A stretch of DNA of 64,000 nucleotides, from NCBI RefSeq assembly GCF_006345805.1, contig NC_042999.1:35154001-35218000 (forward strand), written 5' to 3'. Each line of letters begins with the position of its first letter. Within the stretch, counting starts at the first letter, position 1. The notes beneath the pieces were generated by a model that did no database searches, was not told the DNA's origin, and saw nothing but the letters and a program-made list of their open reading frames with translations. The stretch comes from Octopus sinensis. Taxonomy: Eukaryota. A program made the position numbers and the translations under genes. Positions 12,410-26,183 of the stretch are shown here, piece by piece.

Positions 12410-12734
12410 CGACGGGTTTCTTTCACTTTCCATCTGCCAATGGTATAATAGAAGACACTTAGTAGGAGTGAATATATCTATACATTCATACATAGACACA
12501 CACACACACACATGAGCAATAATTTACATACACACACTGACGCGTACACACATGTATGTATATGTATATGACTACACACACACATATATACACACACACC
12601 TATGTATACGTATTTATTGCATGAATGAAAACCGCATTATTTGATATATCTATGAGGATTTTATTACGACTTATGTTATTGCTTTTGTGAGATAACAAGT
12701 GCGTTGCACACACACACACTCTCTCTCTCACTCT

Positions 12735-12770
<36 letters not shown>

Positions 12771-12771
12771 T

Positions 12772-13170
12772 ACTCTTTACTCTTTTACTTGTTTCAATCA
12801 TGTGACTGTGGCCATGCTGGAGCACCGCCTTTAGTCGAGCAAATCGACCCCAGGACTAATTCTTTGTAAGCCTAGTACTTATTCTATCGGTGTCTTTTGC
12901 CGAACTGCTAAGTTACGGGGACGTAACCACACCAGCATCGGTTGTCAAACGATGTTGGGGAGACAAAAACAAACACACAAACATATACACACACATACAT
13001 ATATCTATATACATATATACGACGGGCTTCTTTCAGTTTCCGTCTACCAAATCCACTCGCAAGGCTTTGGTCCGCCCGAGGCTATAGTAGAAGACACTTG
13101 CCTAAGGTGCCACGCAGTGGAACTGAACCCGGAACCATGTGGTTCGTAAGCAAACTACTTACTACACAAC
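12772..13170 (-). mobile_element. SINE family A copy
   Basis: Near-full-length match to 58808-59190 and 62436-62835, with a central (CA/TA) tract. Confidence 0.85.
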
Positions 13171-13251
13171 CACGTCTTAGTGCTATATAAACAAATATAT
13201 ACATTCACTTGTATAATTGTAAAGTAAATATGAATATATGGTACAGAAATA

Positions 13252-16200
13252 TCTCTCTATATATAAACGGCAGTTTGTCTGTGCGTGCTTCTGTGTGTCT
13301 GTTTTCTCGTACCCTCACCCTGACCACGGCTTTCAACCGATTCTGATGAAACTTGACACACACATAGCCCAATGTCATAATTCAAAACTAACGAAGCGAA
13401 AATTTTGAAAAGTTCCCCCAGTTCTGAAAAAAATTGATAAATTCGACATGGGGTCGAGAATCATAAACATGAACCACAGACTGTCTAGGGGACGCAACTC
13501 GAGAATCTAACCTTTTTTTATGCAACGCATCATCTATGGTAGTTTTCACAACTTGCAATCGATTTTCACCAAACTCATGGTGAAGCTTAATGTTACCCTA
13601 AGAAACTCAATTCTGACGTTAGTTTTCCATGCAATACCTTACCATCAGAAACAATCGATAAAATCATGCCATTTTGGGAAATCGCTTTCAAATTCAAGAT
13701 GACATATTTTCGACAATATCTTTCACAAATTGGCAGGAATCTTTTTTTTTTTCACAACGCGCATCATGTCTGCTCCAAGGAGCTATATAGCCCTTTTTAT
13801 TCCAATAGGATACATTATTGGAAAAGATCGGTTCATTTAATCATATGTGGCACACATAGCAAACAAATTTGTGTATTAAACACAAACCAGACTGTCTAGG
13901 GGACGCAACTTGACCTTTTTAGCTATCGATAATTCGATCCAACCAATTCCTACCAGGAAGAAATTACATTCGAGACTTTACCCCCAACACCGCCACTTCT
14001 GCTAATAGCTGCTGCAGCCGCAAGTTATTCGAATACTTTTTGGGTTTAAACTTTCTTTATAACTACCTCCCCAAACGTTTTACCTTCAATTTTTGACGTA
14101 CCCTAACGGTCCTCGGACGCTACTTGCAAACTCTTGGTTTATTATAAACCACTTTTGTCGTGTGCATCAAAAAACTTTTCCTTTCGTTTGTTCAGTTTGA
14201 TCACTTTTGACTTTTTCGTTGTTGTCACTCACATTGCTGCCAGCTTTTTGGCCATTTTTGTACATTTTTATACATTTTCGGATACTTACCCCACGAGCTC
14301 CTTTTTATTACACCTTTACCAAACACATTGCTATCCACCAAAATACTTACCCCACGTGTTCCTTTTTATTACACCTTTGCCAAACACATTGCTATCCACC
14401 AAAATGCCACCCAAGAAGAGAAGGACCCTCCTCAACCCTCGGACGGCCAAGGCATCGGCTGCTAGGGCTAGAAGGGCACGCGAGACCCACGAGGAAACCG
14501 CCTTGCGCCTCTCGCAAACAGCTTCCCGTTATGCCGCTGCTCAGGCATCTGAAACTACTAGCGACCGTTCTACCCGACTTGCAAGGGTCGCAGCGTACAG
14601 ATCTTCCCTCCGCTCGAGGTTGACGAAAGAGCAACAGTCCAGCCAAAACATGCGGGCTTCTTACTGTGCTTCCATCCGCAGAGCTCGCGAGAACCCCGAA
14701 CAAAGGGCCATTCGGAATGCGGCTAACGCCACTAGCACTGCCAGGACACGATCTGTCGAAACCTCACAGCAGAGGAGAACTCGCCAAGATGCTGACGCCG
14801 CAAACAAAGCCATGGCCAAAACTGCCGAAACACCTCAACAGAGGAGAGCTCGCCAAGCTGCTAACGCCGCAAACACAGCCAGGGCTCGATCTGCCGAAAC
14901 TCCACACCAACGGACTATTCGGACATCCAGACATGCCATTAACACTGCTTCTGCTAGGGCTTCAGAGGGTGCTGAGGCGAGAGCTGAAAGGCTTTCAAGG
15001 GATGCCACTGCTACCGCTGTCGCACGTGCATCTGAATCTGCTGAGGCACGGTGCACTCGACTTGAGAGTATCAACAAACGTCGGGATATCATTCGTGGTG
15101 TACGTACCCCTGCCCCCGCTTTCTGGTTGTCACTAGCATTCAACTACGACGCCACAATTAACTTCTCCTTGCGTGACGACATCAAGATAGGGTCAATGAC
15201 AATTGTATGCCAGTTTTGCAAAGCCAAGAAATGGCCCGGAGAGCCACCTGGTTTGTGCTGCTCTGGTGGCAAAGTGGACCTGCCACCCCTACGGGAACCA
15301 CCTCAACCACTGAAGGATCTCGCGGCGGGTTTAACCCCCGATTCGTCACAATTCCTTGAAATAATTCGAAAGTACAACTGCTCATTCCAAATGACCTCTT
15401 TCGGGGCCAAAATTCCTCCCAGAGAAGGCTGGATGCCTACTTTCAAAGTGCAGGGACAGGTCTACCATCTTATTGGGTCACTTCTGCCAGACGAGATTCA
15501 GCAGTCTTCTTTCCTCCAAATATACTTCATTGCCGACTACAACCACCAGGTTGATGCACGCCTTGGAATAATACCGGGTACAAGCTATGTTCCCCGCAAA
15601 GACATTCTTCTCCGTCTCCAAACCATGCTTCATGATATCAACAGCTACGTCTGCAGCTTCAGATATGCCTTGGACAGTGCTCCTTCTCCAAACTTCACCG
15701 TTGTCATTGATGCTGATAAACGACCCCACGGGGAGCACGAACGCCGTTTCAACGCACCTGCGTGCAACGAAATTGCCGCAGTTATACACGGAGAGCAACA
15801 CAACAGCCGTGACATAATCATCTCCTCCCGTGGTAACAACCTACACAGGATCAGCGAGACTCACAGATCTTATGACGCGCTTCAGTATCCATTGCTTTTC
15901 CCTTATGGGGAAGACGGCTACCACTTCGGAATTCCTTTACGGCAGCCCTCCAATCAAACTACTGCGGCATCAAAGACGGTTTCCTGCAGGGCGTTCTACT
16001 CATACCGGTTCATGGTCAGGGAGGGTGAGTTCAACTTATTGCCCCGTTGTCATCAGCTATTCAACCAGTTCGCCGTCGACATGGCCGCAAAAATGGAATC
16101 GGAAAGGCTGCTATACATTAAACTTAATCAGACCAAACTTCGCTCCGACTCCTACTTTCATCTCCGTGACGGTTTGCAACAAGAAAATGACCCTCGCAAC

Positions 16201-19200
16201 ATCGGCAAGCCATGCATTCTACCCTCCACCTTCACGGGAGGACCGCGATATATGCGTGAAAGGACCCAAGACGCCTTGACCTACATGCGCATTTACGGCC
16301 GGCCGGACCTCTTTATCACCTACACGTGCAATCCCAGCTGCCACGAAATCACTCGCGAAATCCTCCCGGGTCAATCTCACACCCATCGACACGACATCGT
16401 TGCTAGGGTTTTCCGTCTGAATTTGGGCAAAATGAAGGATTTGATAGTTAAGGGTCAGATTTTCGGGCATGTCAGGTGCCACATGTTTTCGGTCGAGTGG
16501 CAAAAGAGGGGCTTGCCACATGCTCACATCTTAATTTTGGCTCACTCATAAAATCGAGACTAATGACATTGACAAATTCATTTCCGCCGAGATTCCTGAC
16601 CCCGATGAGGACCCCGGACTCTACGAAATTGTCCGCACTACCATGGTACACGGGCCCTGTGGACCAAATTACGCCAACACACCATGCTACAAAAACGGAT
16701 TAGCCTGCTCAAAGGGATTCCCTAAACGGTTCACTTTGGAGACTAAAACAGGCGGCGATGGGTATCCGCTGTACAAACGAAGGAGTCCAGCCAATGGAGG
16801 CCGCACGATTACGGTTGGGCGACATCAAGTGGACAACAGCTACATTGTCCCCTACTGTCCTCTCCTGTCGAAGATATTCAAAGCCCACGTCAACGTTGAG
16901 TTCTGCAGCTCCATCAGGTCAATACAATATGTCTGCAAATATATCAACAAAGGCAGAGCAAAGTGCTGTGCAGATAGCCACCAGCCCTAAAGACACAACG
17001 TTGACTGGTTTCTTCAAATTATGCCAACGTGATGACTTCGCTCGAACGCTTTTGTACCCACAGGTCCCATCGTACTTCGTGTGGTCTAAAAACACCTGGA
17101 TTCGACGGAAATCCGGCAAAAACGTCGAAAGCTTCCCAGGCGTCAAGTTTGACTCCTGCCTGGGTCGAGTTTACAACATCCCGCCAACCAGCAAGAATGC
17201 TTCTACCTCCGTCTCCTTCTACATGAGGTCACTGGTCGAACAGGTTTCGCCAATATACGTACCGTCAATGGGGTTCTGTGCGACACCTTCAGGGAAGCAT
17301 GTATGAGACTTGGCCTTCTAGAGGATGACTCCCAGTGGGACGCCACGATGGCAGAGGGTGCTTTACTGCAAACGCATTCGGCCCTACGACATCTTTTCGC
17401 AATCCTTCTTCAAAAATGTCAGCTTAGTCATCCACTAAGTCTCTGGATGAAATACAGGGATGACATGTCGCACGACTTCTTACGTACGGCTCAGCAACAC
17501 TGCCCTTCCGCCGAGATCACGTTCACCAACTTCATTTACAATTTTGCGCTCATTCAACTCGAAGACGCTGTCATCGATATGGGTGGGTCTGCTTTAACAG
17601 AGTACGGCCTTCCACCACCCACACGTGAACACGCCAATGTTATGTCTGCTGAATTGTTACGCGAAACTTCCTACTGCATTGAGGAACTGCACCAGTACGT
17701 CCAAGATAATGAACCACGGCTGCTTCCAGACCAGCGCATAGCCTACAACACCATCGTAGACTCTGTCAGACAGCAACGTGGTGAGATTTTCTTCCTTGAT
17801 GCACCCGGCGGCACTGGCAAAACCTTCGTCACTAAACTAATTCTGGCAGAGGTCAGACGCAACACGGACATTGCCCTGGCTGTAGCTTCCTCTGGTATCG
17901 CGGCCACGTTGCTTCCGGGTGGCAGAACCGCCCACTCTGCCTTCAGACTCCCGCTCGATCTGGCAAAGTCCGAGTCACGTATCTGCAACATCGCCAAGAA
18001 CTCAGAACAGGCCGACATTCTTCGCAGATGCAAACTCATCGTATGGGACGAGTGCACTATGGCACACAAAGGCGCCCTTGAGGCACTGGACAGGTCCCTG
18101 CAAGACATCAGAGACTCTACGGCCCCCATGGGAGGATTAACTTTACTTCTTTCAGGAGACTTCAGGCAGACTCTACCTGTTATTCCAAAAGGAACCCGTG
18201 CCGATGCCGTGCGCGCGTGCCTTAAGTCGTCAGCTCTTTGGGCACATGTGCGGCCCTTGCACCTCCAAACTAACATGTGCGCGCAGTTAATTGGTGACAG
18301 CGGATCCGCTGCATTCTCCAGGGACCTCTTATCGCTCGGTGAAAATAGGATGCTGTCTGATGCGGATGGCTACGTTCAATTGGACTCACTTTGCACCATT
18401 GTCGACACCCCTGCTAGCCTCCGGGACGCTGTCTTCCACGACCTACAAAACAATTTACGCGACCTAAAATGGCTGGCAGGCAGAGCTATTCTCGCACCCA
18501 AAAATACAACCGTCAACTCCATCAATATCCAGCTACTTGAAGCTATTCCTGGTGATGTCCACGTCTACAAATCTATAGATAGGACAGCAGACCCCGCCCA
18601 GCTTGCCGATTATCCTGTTGAATTCCTGAATTCACTTGAACCGCCAGGCCTGCCACCACACATCCTGAAGTTAAAAGTCGGTGCGCCCATTATGCTCATC
18701 AGGAATTTGGTTCCACCTAAACAGTGCAACGGCACACGTTTGGTTGTGAAACATTTGGCACCACATTTAATAACGGCCACAATACTTACCGGTTGTGGGA
18801 AGGGAGAGGACGTCTTCATTCCACGGATGCACCTTCAACCGTCGGGCGCTGACCTACCAATCCACTTCAGGCGTTCTCAGTTTCCTGTTAAACTCTGCTT
18901 CGCAAGTCGATCAATAAATCCAAGGCCAAACGCTACAAGTCGCTGGGTTACATTTGGGCGAACAGTGCTTCGCCCACGGTCAACTCTACGTGGGCTGTTC
19001 ACGCGTTGGGAGGCGCAATGATGTTTTCATGTTTTCGCCCAAACGGACAGCTAGGAACATCGTATATACAGAAGTATTCCAGTGAAGACAAGACATTGCA
19101 ACGTCCACATGCACCTTCGTTCCCTGGAGGGAAAGGACTACATTGGGATTAGTCGTTGCCTACTAGGGGCTCTTATATACCCGGGCAACGCCGGGCTATG

Positions 19201-19207
19201 CTGCTAG
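13252..19207 (+). mobile_element. Autonomous-type Helitron (decayed), about 5.96 kb
   Basis: 5' TC at 13252 after A; 3' hairpin CCCGG-GCAACG-CCGGG at 19180-19195 then CTAG ending 19207 before T; RepHel coding inside. Confidence 0.93.
14404..19085 (+). pseudogene. Helitron RepHel (STPR-like repeats, HUH Rep, PIF1-like helicase), disrupted
   Basis: Likely start MPPKKRR at 14404; VEWQKRGLPHAHIL (HUH), YVCKYINKG, DAPGGTGKTF, VWDECTM, GDFRQTLP, NGTRL, and frameshifted SQGQTL...HGQLYVGCSRV ending TGA at 19085. Stop at 16551, several frameshifts and a deletion near 16950. Confidence 0.9.
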
Positions 19208-21708
19208 TATTGTATAAATATATGATATACATCTATGAGAGGGGTGAGAGAGGGAGAGGAGAGTGGGAGGGAAAGAGTGAGATACAGCGTAAGAGAGAGG
19301 GGTGTATTGAGAGAGAGTGGAAATGAAACAGTGATTAAGGAAAAGAAGGGGAGAAATGACATGAAATAGAGAGTGGGATTGGGAGAGGAGCGGGAGAATG
19401 GGAGGGACAAGAGGATTGCAGTGTGACAAGGTGAGAGAAGTAGAAAGAGTGAGAGTGCCAGTGAGAGAGAGAGAGAGAGAGAGAGATGCACGTGTTAGCT
19501 TAGAAACGGAGTAACAAGATTAGTTGTAATAAAATCCTCATAAATATATAAAATGAAATAATGAGGTTTTCATTCATGCAATAAATATATATATATACAT
19601 GTGTGTCTGTGTATGCGTGTGTGTGTGTATGTGTTCATAGACATATACATATATGTGTGTACGCGTTAGTGTGTGTATGAATATATAGATACATTCAAAT
19701 CCATACGTAACACATAAGTTCATGTGTGTGAGTGTGTGTATGTGAGTGTGTGTATGTGAGTGTGTGTATGTGTGTGAGCGTAATACGAAGTAATAGGAAT
19801 TTGCAAATCCAGGCAGATGCCCATACCATCAAGATAGGAATATATGAAATACGTTATTGATAAAACCAACTCATACACCACATTAGATGATGCGCGAATC
19901 ACTTCGACATGAAGACTGATAATGATAGTCGATAATGATGGGAAAATAAAACATATTTAATTTCCGAAGGATTCTGCCATATAACCCACTACTGGTGGAC
20001 TTTGAAGTTGAACGTTGGAATAGTGTTAAGAACATCAAATTCTAGATTCCCTGTGAGAAGAAATCAGCATCCAAGAAAATTGCATCAATTAACCAAATAA
20101 ATCCGATTTACTTTCCTAAATCATTGTACCATTTTATATGTAATTTATAAAGATAGATCTATAGCACTTTATCTAGCATCAAAGATCTTTTAAATATATT
20201 TTTGATGACCTTAAAGGCCAGCTATCTACCTTTACTTATTCACCCTTTTAGCTTTTATTCATCTATTTTTTCAATATCCTCTGAGGTCATCTTCAGTTTA
20301 AATACCAAAGTGACTTTTCTTATATGTTTCGTCTCAGTTTTTATATTTTTCTACCTTCACTTTCTTTGAATTTAGTTAGCTCGTTGTATTAATGCTAACA
20401 GTTCAGTTCTTGTTATATTTTCTCCGTGAGTGGCTTGCTTTGAAAAATTATATTAGCATAAATTTTTGAATGTATCTAATACCACAATCGATTTACTATG
20501 GACTAGTTTGTATATTGGAGCATTGAATTATAATATCCAAAAGTGCCTACATAATAGAAACACGTGTTGGCTTTTACTATGCTGTAATCCTGTATTAAAT
20601 ATTTGTTAATCTGCATTCTAATTAATGTATTGTGTGTGTGTGTGTGTTACATGTTGCCAATTATTAAAGAGGCAGCGTGACAATATATAAGCAAGGATAT
20701 TCTAAAACTTCAAAATATGATTTTTAGTCAACATATGATTGACTGCCGAAGAACCGTTTGAAAATGCATCACACATTTGTATATTCAATTGCCAAACAGA
20801 GACCACGTAACAATTTATCTATTCTAATACAAATTATACCATTTCTTTTTTAATGGCTGTATCAAACAGGCAATGTGGTTATTGTTAATGACATTTGCGC
20901 TGAAGAAGTTGATCACTTCTTTTCTTGTATAGTATAACAGTTTATCAATTTACGTAAGAAACCATTTTCTAAATTAAAGTCGTTCGATTTTGTAGAGGTC
21001 TATCTGTGTAAAACTAATTCCTTTCAAATTCAGAAGAGATTTCGTAGTAACAAGTGATTCGTATATCAGCGTTAGTATACGCGCTTGTTAACGTGCGTTG
21101 ATTAACACTAATGTATTTTATTTATTTATTTTTGTTTGCCGCATTGACCACAGTTAATTGAATTAGATGTGGCCGTGAAGGCAGGATGAAAGCTGACCGA
21201 CAACTTGCACTAGAAATGTTGCTGCTGCTGCTGCCACTACTACTACTACTACTACTTTGACAGTTGTTAAGGATGTGATTGATCTAAATTCCTCCCATGT
21301 GCTCACTCGAGTTTTTAAAACTTGAGAAAATGCATCAAGTAGATGTGTAAAATTCTCTCCGTTGAGGATAACTCACACACAAGCAGCCTGCATATATTTC
21401 CTAAGTAACAGAATGTTCTTGTTGTTATCACTGTTGCTCTATGTATGAATATGTTGGTATAGCAACAGCAACTTAAATTAAAGAGGCAGCGGGACAATAT
21501 ATAAGCAAGGATATTCTAAAACTTCAAAATATGATTTTTAGTCAACATGTGATTGACTGCCGAAGAACCGTTTGAAAATGCATCACACATTTGTATATTC
21601 AATTGCCAAACAGAGACCACGTAACAATTTATCTATTCTAATACAATACTTAAATTAAACTCATCTTTTATTATGTGTGTTTTTTGCGTGTGAATAGAGA
21701 CAACACGG

Positions 21709-21990
21709 TGAAGGCGTATGGCCTACTGGTTTGGGTGTTGCATTCATGATCACAAGGTCATGGGTTCGATTCTGAGACCGGCCGGTGCGATGTGTTTTTT
21801 TGAGCAAAACACTTTATTTCACTTCAACATCTGTGATCACTTCGACATCTGACGTGAAGCACACCCTGCACCTACAAATGTAATGTGGATTTGAGAAAGT
21901 GAGCTAATATACGCGCGAACATTTAATCACTATAAGTAAATCGTCTGAGCAGGTTGTTCAGCAAGAAATTGTAAACCCGTCTTTCTCGAA
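21709..21990 (+). mobile_element. tRNA-type SINE family C copy
   Basis: GGCGTATGGCCTACTGGTT A-box-like and GGTTCGATTC B-box; TTGAGCAAAACACTT shared with 48740 and 49490. Confidence 0.65.
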
Positions 21991-22092
21991 CCCGAGAGAC
22001 TATCATGCTACAGGCAACTCAATTCACTTGATAGGGGGAACATAGTAAAAACAAGACGAATCTGATGTTTAGCATATTAATATTTTTAAACA

Positions 22093-22495
22093 GTAAGGCG
22101 GCGAGCTGACAGAAACGTTAGCACACCAGGCGAAATGCGTAGCCGTATTTCGTCTGCCGTTACGTTCTGAGTTCAAATTCCGCCGAGGTCGACTTTGCTT
22201 TTCACCCATTCGGGGTCGATTAAATAAGTACCAGTTACGCACTGGGATCGATGTGATCGACTTAATCCGTTTGTCTGTCCTTGTTTGTCCCTTCTGTGTT
22301 TAGCCCCTTGTGGGTAGTAAAGAAATAGGTATTTTGTCTGCCGCTACGTTCTGAGTTCAAATTCCGCCGAGGTCGACTTTTCATCCTTTCGGGGTCGACA
22401 AATTAAGTCCCAGTTGCATACTGGAGTCGATCTAATCGACTGGCCCACCCCCAAAATTTCGGGCCTTGTGCCCAGAGTAGAAAAGAATATTTTAA
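22093..22495 (+). mobile_element. SINE family B: head + (core+LINE-like tail) + (core+alternative tail)
   Basis: GTATTT.GTCTGCCG.TACGTTCTGAG recurs after the first tail; the second unit ends with the other tail type. Confidence 0.85.
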
Positions 22496-22770
22496 TAATA
22501 TTACAGAGAAGTAATATAGTCACTTTTTAAATTTTACTCTGTCAAAGAGTTAAAAGACAAATTCTACTGAAACTAGACCAGCCAAGTATATATATCAAAG
22601 CCTATTAATCGCATTCAGTGAGGGGTAATCAGAATAGCAGTGTGATGGTTATTCTCACAAGTTATGGTTATTTCTAATTTAGTGAAAAGAAATTTCTTCA
22701 CCATCTGCATCAATTGAGCGCACGTTCAAACCTAGTTACAGTTAAGTTATATTGTTATTTAAGATGTCTT

Positions 22771-23200
22771 TAAGGCGGCGAGCTGGCGTAATCGTTAATA
22801 CGCTAGACCAGTGGTTTTCAACCAGGGTTCCGCCAGTACAGTCCAGGGGTTCCGCAAAAAGTTACAAAACTGCTAAAATCGGCAGTAATTTTTAATTCTC
22901 CTGTGCAGATATTTGCGCATAAGACTATTAAATTATTGCACAGGGGTTCCTCGAGCCAGTGGAATGTTTCCTTGGGGTTCCGCTCCAGCAAAAAGGCTGA
23001 AAAGCACTGCGCTAGACAAAATGCTTAGCGATGTTTTCTTCCGTTTTAAGTTCTGGGAAAAAAAATTTCACTATGGTTGACGTTGCTTTTCATCTTATGA
23101 GGGTTGATGAAATAAACATCAGTTGAACACTGAGGTGGATTTTATCGACTAGTCCTCTCCTCCAAATTTCATGTTTTGTGCTTATAGGAGAAAATTATTG
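22771..23200 (+). mobile_element. SINE family B copy interrupted by hAT MITE
   Basis: Head TAAGGCGGCGAGCTGG is split by the MITE and resumes at 23018. Confidence 0.7.
22809..23009. mobile_element. hAT-type MITE, 201 bp
   Basis: TIRs CAGTGGTTTTCAACC / GGCTGAAAAGCACTG; 8-bp TSD CGCTAGAC at 22801-22808 and 23010-23017. Confidence 0.9.
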
Positions 23201-23394
23201 TCTGTAATTTAGTTACAGGGTCAGCAATTTTGGAGGAGAGTTAGTCTATTAGATCAACACCAGTACTACACTGGTACTTTATCTTATTGAAAGGTAAAGT
23301 TGTCTTTAAAAGAACTTTAAAAAGGTGTAAATAACTTCGACTCTCTAACGATTCTGTCAATCCACTGTACTTCTTAACAATGTTTTTTTTTTTA

Positions 23395-23693
23395 CATTGT
23401 TTGTTCCTTCTCGAGCCACGCCTGGCTCATTAGGGTCGGTTTCCCGGTTTCTTTTGCGTATAGATTCCCGACTTGGACAGGACGCCGGTCCGTCGCAGGT
23501 GGGCTGCAAGATGCTGGAGGAAAGAGTGAGAGAAAGTTGTGACGAAAGAGTCATTCGCCATTACCTTCTGCCGGAGCCGCGAGGAGCTTAGGTGTTTCGC
23601 TCATAAACACACATATCGCCCGGTATGAGATTCGAACTCGCGATCCCTCGACCCCAGCTCCGCTGCTCTAACAATTAGGCCATGTGCCTCCAC
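23395..23693 (-). mobile_element. tRNA-type SINE with conserved central domain
   Basis: Head TGGCCTAATTGTTAG...GAGTTCGAATC; internal CTGCGACGGACCGGCGTCCTGTCCA homologous to the copy at 49490. Confidence 0.7.
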
Positions 23694-24182
23694 TTTTAAA
23701 AAAATTTTTTTTTTTTTACATTAAGCAACGTAAAAGCTAATATTAAACTATCAAGATTCGTCAGCACAATTAAAGTAAGAATTTTCTTGAACCTCAAACT
23801 GGAAACTTTATTTTGTTTGTTTCACCTCACATTTAAATGTCAGCTGCTTTAGACTTGCGTCATAAACCCGCTTTACCTATCACTTGTTTATACCAGAGGA
23901 AGAAATTAAGAAGTTATCCTATACATACCACACATTTATCTTTCATTTTAAAATAGTCATTTACAGAAAAAAAAGTCTGAAATACATTTGATATGGTTAT
24001 AATCATTTAAGTTGTTTACAAGAGTTAAATAACTTTACGAGATTTAGTTTTGTATATGAACCTATTCTTATAACAAACAGCGAAGTATTATGATATATGT
24101 GTATGTACATATAAATGTATGTGTTGGGGTACACACACACATACACATATACACATACACACACACACATACATACATACAT

Positions 24183-24280
<98 letters not shown>

Positions 24281-24799
24281 CGCCAGTAATTATGTATTTT
24301 ATTTTCTTTGAAGCATATTTTTAATTTAATTTATCTTACAATAGAAAATATCTTCATTATCTGTTTTAAAAATACAAATTGATTTCTTCCTTTGTGTTCC
24401 AGATGATTATATCTATGTGTTAGCAACAATACTTATAACCTTTACCAAAATATTCTACCTTTTATTTGTTCTATAAATATCTTTGGTTTTTTCTTGTTTT
24501 TTAATCGACTGAAATGTATCTTAGTTTAACACTATATAATTTTCGTATTTGATCTCACTGAAACAAATCATAAACTATTAAAACATATACAAAATTGTTT
24601 ATTTCAACAAATATTTTTATCTTTTGAAGTCGTGCTTCTATATGTGCTTGTGTGTATATGTCTTACTTCGTATTTACTCACGAATAAATTATATATTTTA
24701 AACAGACACGCATACATACGCACATGCATATATACACATATGCATACATACATGCATACATACATCCATACATAGGTACGTACATTCATATATACCTGG

Positions 24800-24990
24800 G
24801 TTTCTAAGAGTCGGGCGCGGTTTAGAAAGACAACAACCGTTCTGCCCGCTACACCAAAGCCGAGCTGGTTGCCAAGATCAAAGAGGTGTTTGAAAAAACT
24901 TCCGAAAGACACAGCGAAGAACGCAAGTGTCAGGTTCTAGAGCTATCTTTTGGCCGTGAGGAAAATTGAAGGCGGCTACTTTGAGTAAAC
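24800..24990 (+). mobile_element. Tc1/mariner transposase C-terminal remnant
   Basis: Translates TKAELVAKIKEVFEKLPKDTAKNASVRF*...IEGGYFE*, typical of Tc1/mariner-superfamily C-termini. Confidence 0.55.
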
Positions 24991-25047
24991 TGTTATCTAC
25001 CAGTCATAATCTGCCAAATTTAGCACGAACACTCTGTACAAACGTCA

Positions 25048-25983
25048 TATGCACCTACATACATACATACATACATACATACATACATACATACATACAT
25101 ACATACATACATACATACATACATACATACATGATGATAGCTGCCCCCTCGTTATCGAGTATGGCCATTGCACGAAGCTTAACTGTTATTGGTACTGTGA
25201 TCGAATGTGACTTTTATTTGCTTTTTAAGGCTACAACCAGCTATTCAGTTGAGACTCACAGCACCATCAACAATCATGAACAATGTTGTTATCGTGCAAT
25301 GCCTGTGCAAGAAGATTTTTTTAAAGTGAGGAAAGGCTTTGCACTGAGTCAATCCCACTCACTAAGCAACAGCAGCCATAATCCGAAAAGAAGAACAAGT
25401 CAACATCATCGGTAACCACTGAGCCGCAGGTTTTAAGTCGGAGTTTTCCCAGTTACCTGAGTTACATACATATATACATACATAATACATACGTACATAC
25501 ATACATACATACATTCATGCATACATACATACATAGGTACGTACGTACATACATACATACATACATACATATATACATACATACATACATAATACATACG
25601 TACATACATACACACATACATTCATGCATACATACATACATAGGTACGTACGTACATACATACATACATATATACATACATACATACATAATACATACGT
25701 ACATACATACACACATACATTCATGCATACATACATACATACATACATACATACATACATACATACATACATACATACATACATAGGTACGTACGTACAT
25801 ACATACATACATACATACATACGTACGTACATACATACATACATACATACATATATACATACATACATAATACATACGTACATACATACACACATACATT
25901 CATGCATACATAGGTACGTACGTACATACATACATACATACATATATACATACATACATACGTACGTACATACATACATACAT

Positions 25984-26016
<33 letters not shown>

Positions 26017-26092
26017 TACATACATACATACATACATACATACATACATACATACATACATACATACATACATACATACATACATACATACG
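25048..26092. repeat. (TACA)n microsatellite arrays with higher-order units
   Basis: Arrays at about 25048-25130 and 25460-26092; the second has recurring variant blocks. Confidence 0.9.
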
Positions 26093-26183
26093 TAGCCATC
26101 ACACAGAATAAAAAATATTTTTGTGAACATATCCCTTATGTTCACAAATTGAATTGAATTTTATGAAAATATTGATAGTATTA

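Noticed and set aside
13340-13360. CTGATGA motif inside the Helitron 5' region
   Set aside because: No stem II or stem III pairing; part of Helitron internal sequence.
21709-21790. tRNA gene candidates at SINE heads
   Set aside because: A/B boxes present but no complete cloverleaf; they run into SINE bodies.
25433-26157. Long MYVC/HTYI ORFs here and at 37.8, 43.6, 45.1 and 48.4 kb
   Set aside because: Translations of stop-free microsatellites, not genes.
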